A DNA stretch of 64,000 bases from a bacterium (GCA_021780195.1 JAJXZE010000002.1:20220-84219), one strand, 5' to 3'. Counted from the first letter of the stretch, positions 1 through 10,105 are shown. Notes: generated by a model not told the origin, from the sequence alone. Made by a program: numbers and translations.

Positions 1-120
1 ACGTCGGGCTCGGCGACCTGCCCCTTGCGCCAAGCCCCCTCGCGAATCCCTGAACGAAGGTCGTTTTCCCCGCCCCGAGGTCGCCCGTGAGCGCAACGAC
101 CGTGGCGCCGCGCGAGCGCC

Positions 121-751
121 TCACCGATCTTTATCGTCTCGGCCGAAGAAAAGCTCCGATAGGTCTTCATGGGTTTTAATAACATAGAATATAAGTCCGA
201 GAATCAGAACGGCGGTTCCCATCATTATCGCGGAAAAACCCGAAGTGTCCAACTGCGCGTTGAGCGGGGTGCCGCGGGGGTGCGATTGCACACTAATAGT
301 TGCCGCGGCGGCGGCGTTCCGCGCGCCGGGCGTCGGATCTGCGAATGCAAAGTTCAGAAGCGCGCCCGCGCCGGCCGCTTCATCTCCCGCCGCTCCAAGC
401 ACGGCATGATTCACGCGCGAAAAACTTTTCCCCTCGGGAGCGCTCCCGAAAAATTCTCCGCGGTCGACGAGAATGTTCCGCGCGTCATAGAGCGCGAGCG
501 CGCCGTCCGTGTTGCGTAGCGAGAGTTTCGTGACGTTTTTTTTTGAGGATCAGATAGCCGCGCGCGGGCACGTACCGGCCGTCGAGCGCAAACTTCTTCC
601 CGCCCTCAGTTTCGAGCCGCCAGCCGTCGAGGCGTGCGTCCGCCGCCCCGCCGTTAAAGAGTTCCACGAACTCTCCCTCCGCGTCTGCGCCCACCGGGTT
701 CGGAAGCCACTCGTTGAGAAAAACCACGCTTGAATGATAAACCATTCGCAT
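121..751 (-). CDS. LTD (lamin-tail domain) protein with C-terminal TM anchor, split into two ORFs (485-751 and 121-~530) by a frameshift at a T9/A9 homopolymer (536-544)
   Basis: N-terminal NEWLPNPVG...EFVELFN...DGWRLE matches the lamin-tail-domain signature. Removing one A in the poly-Lys codon run (ILKKK) joins it in frame to the downstream ORF, which ends in a hydrophobic helix ([20 protein letters not shown]). Confidence 0.45.
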
Positions 752-814
752 TAAAATTTTTTAAAGAAAGCCGACCTTTCGGTCGGCTAATCTCATTACG
801 GCGAAACGGGGCGT

Positions 815-1195
815 TTATAAATATCTTTCCACCTCCGCCATGAAGTTCGATTCCTCCGTGGAAAACAGATCTTCGTCCGTGAGCTGTAGTGCCTGCTCGG
901 CAACTTCCACCGAACATTGCTTGGGCGACTCGCAAGACCAACAAACAAAATAATACAGTCTGCGAACAAATTTTTCCCGGTCCACTTCGGCGTCAGCAAT
1001 GATGCTCACGCCGCGCAAGAGATCGATGCGAGCATCCATCGCTGTCCGCTCATCGACCTCGCTTTGAAGATTGATGAGGCTTTGAAGTTGTGCTACCTCA
1101 CGTACGACAGCGGCCGCCCTGTTTTGAGCCTGTAGTCGCCGCTCATCCGCGCTCTTTAAAAACCATACGCTTTCTTCTGGTTCTGGCTCGGTCAT
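815..1195 (-). CDS. hypothetical protein (127 aa), acidic N-terminus
   Basis: ORF with a GGAGG ribosome-binding site about 8 nt upstream of the ATG at 1195. No recognisable domain. Confidence 0.4.
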   Translation of the reverse strand: MTEPEPEESVWFLKSADERRLQAQNRAAAVVREVAQLQSLINLQSEVDERTAMDARIDLLRGVSIIADAEVDREKFVRRLYYFVCWSCESPKQCSVEVAEQALQLTDEDLFSTEESNFMAEVERYL

Positions 1196-1267
1196 TTTTT
1201 TCCTCCCGCCAAATTTGGCTGGCAATATTATTTCATATACCAGCGAACTCGTCAAGTCGTCTTCGCC

Positions 1268-2260
1268 CTACAGCAGTTCGTCCCCCTTCTTCACCTTCAG
1301 GTGCCGGTAGGCCGCCGGAAGCACGATGCGGCCCGCGGAGGAGCGCTGAAGGAACCCTAAGCTCATAAGAAACGGCTCGTAGATGTCCTCGATCACGCCG
1401 CGTTCCTCGGCAAGCGCGGCCGCGAGCGTATTGATGCCCACGGGGCCGCCATTGAACTTCTCGATGATCGTGAGAAGGAGCTTCCGGTCCTGCGGTTCGA
1501 GCCCCGCCTCGTCGATCTCGAGCATCTCGAGCGTCCGCCGCGCGGCGCTTTCATCGATCACCTTTTCTCCGTGCACCTCCGCGAAATCGCGAGCTCGGCG
1601 CAAAAGCCGGTTCGCCACGCGCGGCGTCCCGCGCGAAGCACGCGCCAGAAGGTCCATCGCCTCGGGCGTCGTTTTCACATTCAATATCTTCGCCGAACGG
1701 TTCAGGATTTTCGTGATGTCCTCGGTGGTGTAGTAGCCGAGCCGCAGGGTGGCGCCGAAGCGCGACCTCAAAGGCGTCGAAAGCAGGTTTTCGCGCGTCG
1801 TCGCCGCGATGAGCGTGAAGGGAGGAAGGTCGAGCGAGAGCGTTCGCGCGGACGGCCCCTTTCCCACCACGAGGTGCAGCTTCCGCGCTTCCATCGCGGG
1901 GTAGAGCACCTCTTCGATCATCGGGTTGATCCGGTGCGCTTCGTCGATAAAAAGTATTTCACCGGGCGAAAGGTTGGTGAGGATCGCGGCGAGGTCGCCC
2001 GTCTTCTCGAGCGCCGGTCCCGAAGTCGTCCTCACGAGCCCTCCGGTCTCGCGTGCCACAAGATACGCGAGGGTCGTTTTCCCGAGTCCCGCGGGCCCGG
2101 AGAAGAGGAGGTGGTCGGACGATTCGCCGCGATTCTTGGCGGCTTCGAGGATCACCTTCAGATTCCCTTTTATTTTTTCCTGGCCGATGTACTCATCCCA
2201 GCTCGTCGGGCGGAGCGTAAGGTCGATGTTCTGATCGTCTTTGGGGATGTTTTTGGGCAC
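1268..2260 (-). CDS. ruvB: Holliday junction branch migration ATPase RuvB (GTG start)
   Basis: Walker A GPAGLGKTTLA and the RuvB N/AAA/C architecture, with strong RuvB-like similarity throughout. Confidence 0.93.
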   Translation of the reverse strand: MPKNIPKDDQNIDLTLRPTSWDEYIGQEKIKGNLKVILEAAKNRGESSDHLLFSGPAGLGKTTLAYLVARETGGLVRTTSGPALEKTGDLAAILTNLSPGEILFIDEAHRINPMIEEVLYPAMEARKLHLVVGKGPSARTLSLDLPPFTLIAATTRENLLSTPLRSRFGATLRLGYYTTEDITKILNRSAKILNVKTTPEAMDLLARASRGTPRVANRLLRRARDFAEVHGEKVIDESAARRTLEMLEIDEAGLEPQDRKLLLTIIEKFNGGPVGINTLAAALAEERGVIEDIYEPFLMSLGFLQRSSAGRIVLPAAYRHLKVKKGDELL

Positions 2261-2507
2261 TTGACAATATAATTTGGGTATGCTAGCATATACCCTGGAC
2301 TTGGAAAAAAGATAGTTGATTCAAATCTGGGGGCGGGAATTTTATCTAAAAACTTCAGGACGAACCGGTTCCGGCTGGTTTTATCCTTTGATTAATTCTA
2401 ACCTCTTTTATCCTTGGATAAAAGAGATACATTATCCTTTCGCGAGGTAATGCCCCCAGGTTTGAGGCAAGTATCTGGTAAAGAGCTCGGCCCGCGCGCC
2501 GGGTTTT

Positions 2508-4208
2508 TTATTTCGCCTGTTCCGCTGGTTCCGGCCAGACGATCTCTCCCGTGGCGCCTTCCACCTCTTCCCAGGTGGTGAGGCCCGTGAGGACCTTGAG
2601 GATCCCGTCTTCCTGCATGGTGACCATCTTCTGCCGCGCGGCCACCTTGCGGAGTGCCACCTCGGACGCCTCCTTCAGAATGGTGGTCTCGAGATCCGGC
2701 CCTCCCTCCAAAAATTCGAAGATGCCTCTGCGTCCTTTATAGCCGATGCCGCTGCACTTTGTACAGCCCACCGCTGTGTACAACGCGTACGAAGCGTATT
2801 TTGTTTTGTCGACCCGCGCGGGAAGCGCGGCAAGGAATTTTTCGATCCTCTCCTTCGTCGCCTCGTCAGGTTCGATTTTTTTCTTGCAGTCGGGGCAGAG
2901 CACGCGCACGAGACGCTGGGCGATCACGAGCGAAAGTGCGGGGCCGATGCTCGTCGTCTTCACGCCGAGGTCGATGAGACGCGGCACCGCGCCCACCGCG
3001 TCGTTCGTGTGGAGCGTGGAAAGCACGAGGTGTCCCGTGAGGGACGCCTGGAGCGCGATGTCCGCCGTGTCGAGATCGCGCACCTCGCCCACGAGGATCA
3101 CGTCCGGGTCCTGCCGCACGATGGCGCGGAGCCCGTTCGCGAAGGTGTAATTCGCCTCGTTGTCCACTTGTGTCTGCTCGATCCCCTCGATGCGGTACTC
3201 GATTGGATCCTCAAGCGTGATGATCTTGAGTCCCGGATCGTTGATGGTCCGGAGGAAGGCGTAGAGGGTCGTCGTCTTGCCGGATCCGGTGGGGCCGGTG
3301 TTCAGGATAAGACCGTTCGGCCGTCCGAGCTGCTTTTTCACGATCGCGAGGTTATCCTCGCGGAGGCCGAGGTCCCCGAGGCTCACGAGCGTGGCCCGCG
3401 GGTCGAGGATCCTCATCACGACCGTTTCGCCGAATTCCGCCGGGATGACCGAGACGCGCATCTCGATCTCGACGTCCGTGAGTCCGACCGTAAAGCGGCC
3501 GTCCTGTGCCTCGTCGCGCACGTTCAGCTTCATCTTCGAAAGGAGCTTGATGCGTGAAACGAATGAGCGGTACAGGACGAGCGGCACATCCGTCACGATA
3601 TCGTGCAAGACGCCGTCGACGCGGAAGCGGAATTTTGCCGTGCGCTCCCCCGCTTCGGCGTGGATGTCCGACGCCCGCACGGCAAACGCGCCCGCAAGGA
3701 TGATCTCGATCACGGTCGTGGGCGACGCCGTCGCGGGATCGAGCGACGCGAACTCTTTTTTAATGCTGTCGAAGCTCGTGAGCCGCCCGCGGAGCTCGGT
3801 CATCCTCGCCTCGGACACTTTCACCTTGCCCGTGATGTCCTCCGCGGCCCGTTTCACGAACTTGTAATATTTCCACGCCGCCTCGAGCCCCGATGCGGAG
3901 GCCACGAAAAGCTTCGGGTCGTATCCTTCCGCCGCGAGCTCCTTCACGAGTTCCTTTGTGGCGCCAAAATCAGGGTTCTCGGCGATAACCGCGATCTTCT
4001 TTCCCTGCAGTTCCACGCCGGCCGCCTTCGCGGCGCGGGCCTTCTCTTCCGGAATCACGCGCACGGCATCCAGAGACACCGGCATCTTTGAAAGGTCGGC
4101 GTACGAAAGCCCTGCCTGCGCCGCAAGGCGCACCGCCGCGCGTTCCTCTCCCTCGCGATGGAGCTTGGCAAGCTTTTCTTTCAGGTCGTTCGGTCCGAGA
4201 TCAGCCAT
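2508..4208 (-). CDS. pilB: type II secretion / type IV pilus assembly ATPase (GspE/PilB family)
   Basis: Walker A GPTGSGKTTTL, N-terminal GSPII_E_N-like domain, and a C-terminal CxxC...CxxC zinc motif. The likely start is the internal ATG at 4208 (MADLGPNDL); the called ORF extends to 4304. Confidence 0.85.
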   Translation of the reverse strand: MADLGPNDLKEKLAKLHREGEERAAVRLAAQAGLSYADLSKMPVSLDAVRVIPEEKARAAKAAGVELQGKKIAVIAENPDFGATKELVKELAAEGYDPKLFVASASGLEAAWKYYKFVKRAAEDITGKVKVSEARMTELRGRLTSFDSIKKEFASLDPATASPTTVIEIILAGAFAVRASDIHAEAGERTAKFRFRVDGVLHDIVTDVPLVLYRSFVSRIKLLSKMKLNVRDEAQDGRFTVGLTDVEIEMRVSVIPAEFGETVVMRILDPRATLVSLGDLGLREDNLAIVKKQLGRPNGLILNTGPTGSGKTTTLYAFLRTINDPGLKIITLEDPIEYRIEGIEQTQVDNEANYTFANGLRAIVRQDPDVILVGEVRDLDTADIALQASLTGHLVLSTLHTNDAVGAVPRLIDLGVKTTSIGPALSLVIAQRLVRVLCPDCKKKIEPDEATKERIEKFLAALPARVDKTKYASYALYTAVGCTKCSGIGYKGRRGIFEFLEGGPDLETTILKEASEVALRKVAARQKMVTMQEDGILKVLTGLTTWEEVEGATGEIVWPEPAEQAK

Positions 4209-4323
4209 TGGTATGATTTTAGCGCCGATGGCCCCGCGGAGGAAGTGCCTCTCCGTCGAAGGGCTCGCCCTAGCGCCGTCCCAATGCCTCCTCCCGCACC
4301 CCATCGCGCCGTACCCTTTTACC

Positions 4324-4353
4324 TTGACTAACAGGCATCGTAAGTGGCATAAT
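4324..4353 (+). promoter_or_regulatory. sigma70-like promoter (TTGACT, 18 nt spacer, CATAAT) upstream of the secreted protein gene
   Basis: The hexamers are read directly from the sequence. Confidence 0.4.
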
Positions 4354-4406
4354 ATGGGTGTTCTTTAAAAATTCACGTGCCGCCTCCGGGCGGCGAGGAG
4401 AGAATC

Positions 4407-5024
4407 ATGAAAAAGTTTTTTGTTTTTGTTTTTGTCGTCGCTTTTTGTCTCCTCCTGCCGGAGGAGTTGAAGGCGCAGGGGGTCGCCTTCCAGTGGGGAG
4501 GCCCCAAAACGACGCTCTTGATCAACAACAGCGTCAACCGCCCCGCCCTGGTGACCGTCGGGCAGCAGGTATGGCCGCTGTATCCGGGACAAACTCTCTC
4601 TCTAAAATACGGATATTGGGAGAGGCAAAACCAGGCGCTCATCGTCGACGTCTGCGAGCAACTCACTTTCTCGCGGTCGGCGATTGCGCCGCCAGCATGG
4701 GCAACCGACCCCAACGTCGTCGGGGCCGCCGCAATTCCGGCGGGCTATAACAACCCCGATAAAAAAATCCTTGATGAGGCGGTAGGGCGGCTCAGGGCCG
4801 CCATCAAAAACCGCCTCGGCGGGCGAAATATGCGTCGCGAACTCGACGCGTGGGCGAAGGAGGTCAAAAAGCATGGCCTCGTTCGCTTCTCCCCCGTTTG
4901 CGAGGGCCGCTCCACCGTTGCACAGGTAACGGACGTCCAGCAGTGGGGCTGGAACCGCTCCATCGTCGTCCAGATCGCAAAGGACGCATGGAGCAAGAGC
5001 TATGCCCTCCGCACTCTTCAGTAG
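4407..5024 (+). CDS. secreted hypothetical protein with signal peptide
   Basis: N-terminus MKKFFVFVFVVAFCLLLP. GAGGAG ribosome-binding site upstream. Confidence 0.6.
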   Translation: MKKFFVFVFVVAFCLLLPEELKAQGVAFQWGGPKTTLLINNSVNRPALVTVGQQVWPLYPGQTLSLKYGYWERQNQALIVDVCEQLTFSRSAIAPPAWATDPNVVGAAAIPAGYNNPDKKILDEAVGRLRAAIKNRLGGRNMRRELDAWAKEVKKHGLVRFSPVCEGRSTVAQVTDVQQWGWNRSIVVQIAKDAWSKSYALRTLQ

Positions 5025-5253
5025 CCTTCCCCGTGCCGCAGACCTTGCGCGCACGGGATTTTTTTATTTCAAATCTCCCTCCATCACCCCCCCGCGCCCG
5101 CTACGCAGAAAAATTCAAGGAACAGGGGCGCAGGAAGGCGCTTCTTCTTTCACGGACATTAAAGGGAGCCCATGGCCGAGAAAGAAGAAGGGCCTTCCTG
5201 CGCCTTGGGCTTTGTTTGCTCCGCGGGCGCGGGAGTATAATGCCAGTGTCATC

Positions 5254-5820
5254 ATGTCCGGGCACTCACATTGGGCGGGAATCAAGCACAAAAAGGAAAT
5301 CACCGACCAGAAGCGCGGGAAGATATTCTCGAAGCTTCTCGCGGCAATCTCGGCGGCGGCAAAAACCGAGCCGAACCCCGACTTCAACCCGCGCCTCCGC
5401 ACGGCGGTCCAGAAAGCGAGAGAGGCGAGCGTGCCGCAGGAAAATATCGAGCGCGCGATAAAGCGCGCCGCGGAAACGGGCGCGGCGCTCGAAGAGCTCG
5501 TCTTTGAGGCATATGGCCCGGGCGGCATCGCGCTCCTCATGACGGCGATCAGCGACAACCGGAACCGCACGGTCCAGGAGGTGAAACTCGCCCTCAAAGA
5601 ACGCGGCGGCAAGTGGGCCGAGGAAGGCAGCGTCCGCTGGGCCTTCGAATTCGCGCCCTCGGAGGACGGGAGCGGCATCGCGTGGCGCGCAAAATTCCCG
5701 CAGGACGTCGCACCGGACGATGCCGCAAAACTTGCGGCACTCATTGAGGCGCTTGAGGAGGTAAATGATGTGCAGGCGGTCATCACGAACGCGGCGGAGG
5801 CCGCGGAAGAAACCCAATGA
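5254..5820 (+). CDS. yebC: YebC/PmpR family DNA-binding transcriptional regulator
   Basis: MSGHSHWAGIKHKK...GPGG family signature. TATAAT at 5235-5240. Confidence 0.9.
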   Translation: MSGHSHWAGIKHKKEITDQKRGKIFSKLLAAISAAAKTEPNPDFNPRLRTAVQKAREASVPQENIERAIKRAAETGAALEELVFEAYGPGGIALLMTAISDNRNRTVQEVKLALKERGGKWAEEGSVRWAFEFAPSEDGSGIAWRAKFPQDVAPDDAAKLAALIEALEEVNDVQAVITNAAEAAEETQ

Positions 5821-6284
5821 TTTCCCTCGGCATCGATCCGGGTACGCGGAGGATCGGCTACGGCGTCGTGAAGCGCGAGGGCAACGTGCTCTCCATGGTC
5901 GCCGCGGGACTCCTTGACATAAAGAGCGGCGACGATGCTTCCGCGCTCATGGAGGCCAAGCACGGCATGGATTCCCTGATAAAAAAATTCAAGCCGGAGA
6001 CCGCGGGAGTGGAGCGTCTTTATTTCGCTAAAAACCAGAAGACGGCGATCGCCGTGGCCCAGGCGCGCGGCGTGATCCTCCTTGCGGCGCGCGAGGCGCG
6101 TCTCCTTATCAGAGAATATACGCCGAACGAAGTGAAGCTCGGGGTTGCGGGATATGGCTTCGCGGACAAGAAGGCAGTCCTCAAAATGGTTCGGCTTACC
6201 CTCGGCGCGCCAACTCTGAAAGTGATTGACGACGCTTCGGACGCCCTGGCGCTTGCCATCATGGCGGCCGGCGACCGTAGTTAA
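5817..6284 (+). CDS. ruvC: crossover junction endodeoxyribonuclease RuvC
   Basis: N-terminus MISLGIDPGTRRIGYGVV. ATGA overlap with yebC. Confidence 0.9.
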   Translation: MISLGIDPGTRRIGYGVVKREGNVLSMVAAGLLDIKSGDDASALMEAKHGMDSLIKKFKPETAGVERLYFAKNQKTAIAVAQARGVILLAAREARLLIREYTPNEVKLGVAGYGFADKKAVLKMVRLTLGAPTLKVIDDASDALALAIMAAGDRS

Positions 6285-6338
6285 GAGAATTTTAATGCCC
6301 GGTATGGCATACTCTTGGGGATTGACACGGAAACGCGC

Positions 6339-6370
6339 ATCCGTATACTGATTTGGAAACAAACGAAAGG
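6339..6370 (+). promoter_or_regulatory. sigma70-like promoter (TTGACA, 16 nt spacer, TATACT)
   Basis: The hexamers are read directly, upstream of the small acidic ORF and the PBP gene. Confidence 0.4.
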
Positions 6371-6389
6371 TCGTGAAATAAGAGCGATT

Positions 6390-6569
6390 ATGGTAACCGA
6401 TTTACAAATTTTAAACCTTGCATTCGCCCCGATCAGCGACGACGAGAGCGACCAGGACGTCGACCTCGGCGATACCGATATCGAGGACGAAGACGAAGAG
6501 GATGACGACGCGGACGAAGCGGGCACCGGCGCGGAAGAAGAGGAAGAAACCGGCACGGGAGAGCTCTAG
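6390..6569 (+). CDS. small, very acidic protein (59 aa) with a D/E-rich tail
   Basis: The ORF lies between the promoter and the PBP gene. Its composition is low-complexity. Confidence 0.3.
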   Translation: MVTDLQILNLAFAPISDDESDQDVDLGDTDIEDEDEEDDDADEAGTGAEEEEETGTGEL

Positions 6570-6677
6570 TATCCGCGCTTCCCTTTCTCGCTTTTAAAAC
6601 AGAACGGCTCCTCCCGGCAACGCACGTTGCGGAAAGGGCCGTTTTTGTTTGATAATAAGAAGGTGAAAAAACGGACG

Positions 6678-8822
6678 ATGCGACGGTGGCAGATCGCGGG
6701 GATTGCGGCGGCGGGAGCGCTCGCCCTCTTTTTCATCTCGGTGCTCTACCTCGCAAGCACCCTGCCCTCCATCCAGGAGATTGCGAACCAGACCATCAGC
6801 CAATCCACGAAGATCTACGACCGCACGGGAACGATCCTCCTGTACGAAATTTCGAGCGGCGAGCGCAGGACCGTACTCCCCTTCAACGAGATCCCGCAAT
6901 CGATGAAGGATGCCACCGTTTCGATCGAGGATCAGAATTTTTATAACGAGCCCGCGTTCGACGTAAGAGGAATCCTCCGCGCGTTCTACGTCGACCTCAC
7001 GACCGCCTCCATCTCCCAGGGCGGCTCCACAATCACCCAACAGCTCGCGCGCACGGCGTTCCTCACCCTCAACCAGACCGTCACGCGGAAGATCAAGGAG
7101 CTCATCCTCGCCATCAAGCTCAACGAGTACTACACAAAGGACGAGATCCTCGCCCTCTACTTGAATCAGGTGCCGTACGGCCCGACCATCTCCGGGGTCG
7201 AAGCGGCGAGCGAAGCGTATTTCGGTATCCCGGCCTCCCAGATGAATCTCGCCCAGAGCGCGATGCTCGCGGCAATCCCCCAGGCGCCGAGCTATTACAA
7301 CCCGTGGGGGACGCACGTTGAGGAGCTCCTCGCGCGCCAGAAACTCGTGCTCCAGAAAATGTACGAGCTTGGTAAGATATCGAAGGGCGACCTGAACCAG
7401 GCGCTCGCTTATAAGATCGTCATCCAGCCGCGGCGGGCGAACGGCATGCTCGCGCCGCACTTCGTCCTCGCGGTCGAGGATTATCTCGTGCAGAAATATG
7501 GCGAAGCGATGGTGGATCGCGGCGGTCTGAAGGTCGTGACCACGCTCGATTGGAACCTCGAGCAAGACGCCGAGGAATCCGTGAAGCAGGGCGCGGAGCA
7601 GAACCAGGCGCTCTATCAGGGATACAACGCCGCGCTCGTCGCGGAAGACCCTGCGACGGGCCAGATCCTCGCCATGGTGGGGTCGCGCGATTATTTTGCG
7701 ACCTCCTCCCTCCCCTTCGGCTGCACTCCGGGCGCGAACTGCAAATTCGAGCCGAACTTCAACGTGGCCACCCAGGGGCTCCGCCAGCCCGGCTCATCGC
7801 TGAAGCCGTTCGTATATCTCACCGCATTTGAGGACGGCTATACCCCCGACACCATCCTCTTCGACGTGCCGACGGAATTCAGTACTGATTCCGCGTGCCC
7901 CAGCATCCCCGATATGGCGAGCGCGAATAAGCTCTGCTTCCACCCCGCCGACTTCGAAGGGACGTTCGCGGGGCCGATAACCATCCGCGACGCACTGGCG
8001 CAGTCGGTGAACGTACCCGCCGTAAAGGCGCTCTATCTCGTGGGAGTGAAGAACGCCGTCCAGAACGCGTATAATTTCGGCCTCACCACGCTCACGAGCC
8101 CCGACACGTACGGTCTCTCCCTCGTCCTCGGCGGCGGCGCAGTGCACCTTATTGATCTCACCGGGGCCTATTCCGTCCTCGCCGCGGACGGCGTGAAGCA
8201 TGACCAGGCAATGGTGCTCTCCGTGCAGGATGCGAACGGCAACACGCTTGAATCATGGACCGACCGCGCGACCACCGTGGCGCCCGCCCAGCCGGTGCGC
8301 CTCGTGAACGACATCCTCTCGGATGCGCAGGCGCGCGAACCGCTTTTTGCGAACAGCATGAATCTCACCGTATTCCCCGGGCACGACGTCGCCATGAAGA
8401 CAGGCACCTCGAATGACTATCGCGACGCATGGGCGATGGGGTATACCCCCTCACTCGCGGTCGGCGTCTGGGCGGGAAATAACGACAACACGCCGATGCA
8501 GAAGAACGGCTCGAGCATCCTCGCCGCGGTCCCTATATGGCACGCCTTCCTCGTGAAAGCCCTTGCCGACCAGCCGCTCGAGACCTTCGTGAAGCCCGAA
8601 CCAGTGATCCCCGCAAAGCCCGTATTCGCCGGCCAGTACGTCATCAATAACCAGGTTCATTCCATCCTGTATTATGTCGATAAAAACGATCCGACGGGAC
8701 CCGTCCCCGCGGATCCGGCCGCCGACCCGCAGTTTCATAACTGGGAACTCGGCGTGCAGGCATGGGTCGCCGTCCACCTGCCTCAATATTCTGGAGCGAG
8801 CACGGCGCCGGCGGCGCAATAG
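6678..8822 (+). CDS. class A penicillin-binding protein (PBP1A, transglycosylase/transpeptidase)
   Basis: N-terminal TM, GT51 motifs (EDQNFYNEP, RKIKE), and a transpeptidase domain. Alternative TTG start at 6627. Confidence 0.9.
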   Translation: MRRWQIAGIAAAGALALFFISVLYLASTLPSIQEIANQTISQSTKIYDRTGTILLYEISSGERRTVLPFNEIPQSMKDATVSIEDQNFYNEPAFDVRGILRAFYVDLTTASISQGGSTITQQLARTAFLTLNQTVTRKIKELILAIKLNEYYTKDEILALYLNQVPYGPTISGVEAASEAYFGIPASQMNLAQSAMLAAIPQAPSYYNPWGTHVEELLARQKLVLQKMYELGKISKGDLNQALAYKIVIQPRRANGMLAPHFVLAVEDYLVQKYGEAMVDRGGLKVVTTLDWNLEQDAEESVKQGAEQNQALYQGYNAALVAEDPATGQILAMVGSRDYFATSSLPFGCTPGANCKFEPNFNVATQGLRQPGSSLKPFVYLTAFEDGYTPDTILFDVPTEFSTDSACPSIPDMASANKLCFHPADFEGTFAGPITIRDALAQSVNVPAVKALYLVGVKNAVQNAYNFGLTTLTSPDTYGLSLVLGGGAVHLIDLTGAYSVLAADGVKHDQAMVLSVQDANGNTLESWTDRATTVAPAQPVRLVNDILSDAQAREPLFANSMNLTVFPGHDVAMKTGTSNDYRDAWAMGYTPSLAVGVWAGNNDNTPMQKNGSSILAAVPIWHAFLVKALADQPLETFVKPEPVIPAKPVFAGQYVINNQVHSILYYVDKNDPTGPVPADPAADPQFHNWELGVQAWVAVHLPQYSGASTAPAAQ

Positions 8823-8849
8823 CGCGCGCCGCATCCCGCCGCGCCGGCG

Positions 8850-9962
8850 CTAAGACTTCAGGATCGGCTTTAGGATGTAGAAATACGAAGCGTCATTCAC
8901 GGGCCGGATTAACGCCGGGTTCACCTCCTCCTGGAACCCGATGAACACCTCCTCAGCTTTCATGGCCCGCACGGGATCCGCGAGGTAGCGCCAGTTGAAA
9001 AACGCCTCACTCGCTTCGCCCTTCACCTTCGCGGGCAGGAGATAACTATTCTCGCCGAGCGCCTGGTCGGCGGAGATGATCTCGATCGCCTTTTTTGCGG
9101 GATGTGCGACGATCTTCACCTCGCTCGTCTTCTGACCAAAAACACCGGCGAGTTTTATCGCATTCGCGAATTCCTCCCGATTCACGGAGATCTCCGCTGA
9201 AAACCGCTTCGGCACAATCTGCGAATAGTCGGGGAAGCTACCCTCCGTAAGGCGCGAAATAAGTTCCGCGCGCTCCGTCTGGAAAAGCACCTGGTTCTCA
9301 TCCCTGAAAATTTTCACCTCCTCGTCGTCCCGCGCTATCCGGAACACCTCCTGGCTCGTCTTTAGGGGAATCAGCATCCGGAACGGTTCTTGGAATTTTG
9401 CGGTGAAAAGATTTTGTGGGATGTTTTTTTCCGCAAGCCGGAAACCGTCCGTAGCGACGAGTTTTACCGCATCAAGAAGGAAGTCGAAAAGTACCGCATT
9501 GAGTTCGGGGCGGAGATCCGAGAATTGGGAAGCGACGACCACCTGCTGGATAGCGTCCTTAAGGATAATCCCCTTCATCCCAAGATAATCTTCCCCATTC
9601 TTGATCTTTGGCGTGATGGGAAAATCCTCAGGGGGGAGCCCCTGTATGGTCGCGCTGTAATTGTCGGTTTTTATCTCAAGTGAGTTCCCCTTCTTCCCGA
9701 AATTAAGGCGGTCACTCTGGAGATTGGTGATGAGATTAGAGAGGAGCGCGATGGGCACCGTGACCCTGCCCCCCTCGATCACCTTCCCGGAAACATGATA
9801 GGTGATTGCAATCTCAAGATTGGTCGCGGTAAGAGTGATTTCATCTTCCACCGCCTCAATGAGCACATTCCGAAGGATGGGGAGATTAAGATTTTCACCC
9901 GCCGCGCGCTCAATGGCGGAAATAGCCTCCTTGATATTCGATCTGATGGCGATAAACTTCAT
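8850..9962 (-). CDS. dnaN: DNA polymerase III beta sliding clamp
   Basis: Three-domain clamp pattern. Positioned downstream of dnaA. Confidence 0.9.
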   Translation of the reverse strand: MKFIAIRSNIKEAISAIERAAGENLNLPILRNVLIEAVEDEITLTATNLEIAITYHVSGKVIEGGRVTVPIALLSNLITNLQSDRLNFGKKGNSLEIKTDNYSATIQGLPPEDFPITPKIKNGEDYLGMKGIILKDAIQQVVVASQFSDLRPELNAVLFDFLLDAVKLVATDGFRLAEKNIPQNLFTAKFQEPFRMLIPLKTSQEVFRIARDDEEVKIFRDENQVLFQTERAELISRLTEGSFPDYSQIVPKRFSAEISVNREEFANAIKLAGVFGQKTSEVKIVAHPAKKAIEIISADQALGENSYLLPAKVKGEASEAFFNWRYLADPVRAMKAEEVFIGFQEEVNPALIRPVNDASYFYILKPILKS

Positions 9963-10105
9963 TGTGGATAATTATACTGGTAATAGTATTAAATTCCTAT
10001 TAAAAGAAAATACTTATTATTGGATTTATTACCTTTTAATTTTCTGGGGATAACACCTTTCCTGTGGGATTTCTTTATAATTTTTTAAGGACAACCTGTG
10101 GATCA
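9963..10105. other. candidate oriC: AT-rich dnaN-dnaA intergenic region with DnaA boxes
   Basis: A perfect TGTGGATAA at 9963-9971. One-mismatch boxes TTATCCCCA (minus strand, ~10047-10055) and TGTGGATCA (10097-10105). AT-rich tracts in a GC-rich genome. Confidence 0.6.

Noticed and set aside
2262-2281. Plus-strand TTGACA immediately followed by ATATAAT
   Set aside because: The -35 and -10 elements are adjacent with a 0-nt spacer and there is no plus-strand gene downstream. Not a functional sigma70 promoter.
5115-6362. Long antisense ORFs in the six-frame track (for example 5115-6362, 6594-7565, 16459-17481, 17662-18693, 32648-34018, 40795-41649, 60706-61812, 62253-63068)
   Set aside because: Each lies opposite a strongly supported gene (yebC/ruvC, PBP1A, virB4, nusA, ftsH, thyA, dcd). 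Their products are Arg/Ala/Pro-rich low-complexity sequences typical of GC-rich antisense frames.
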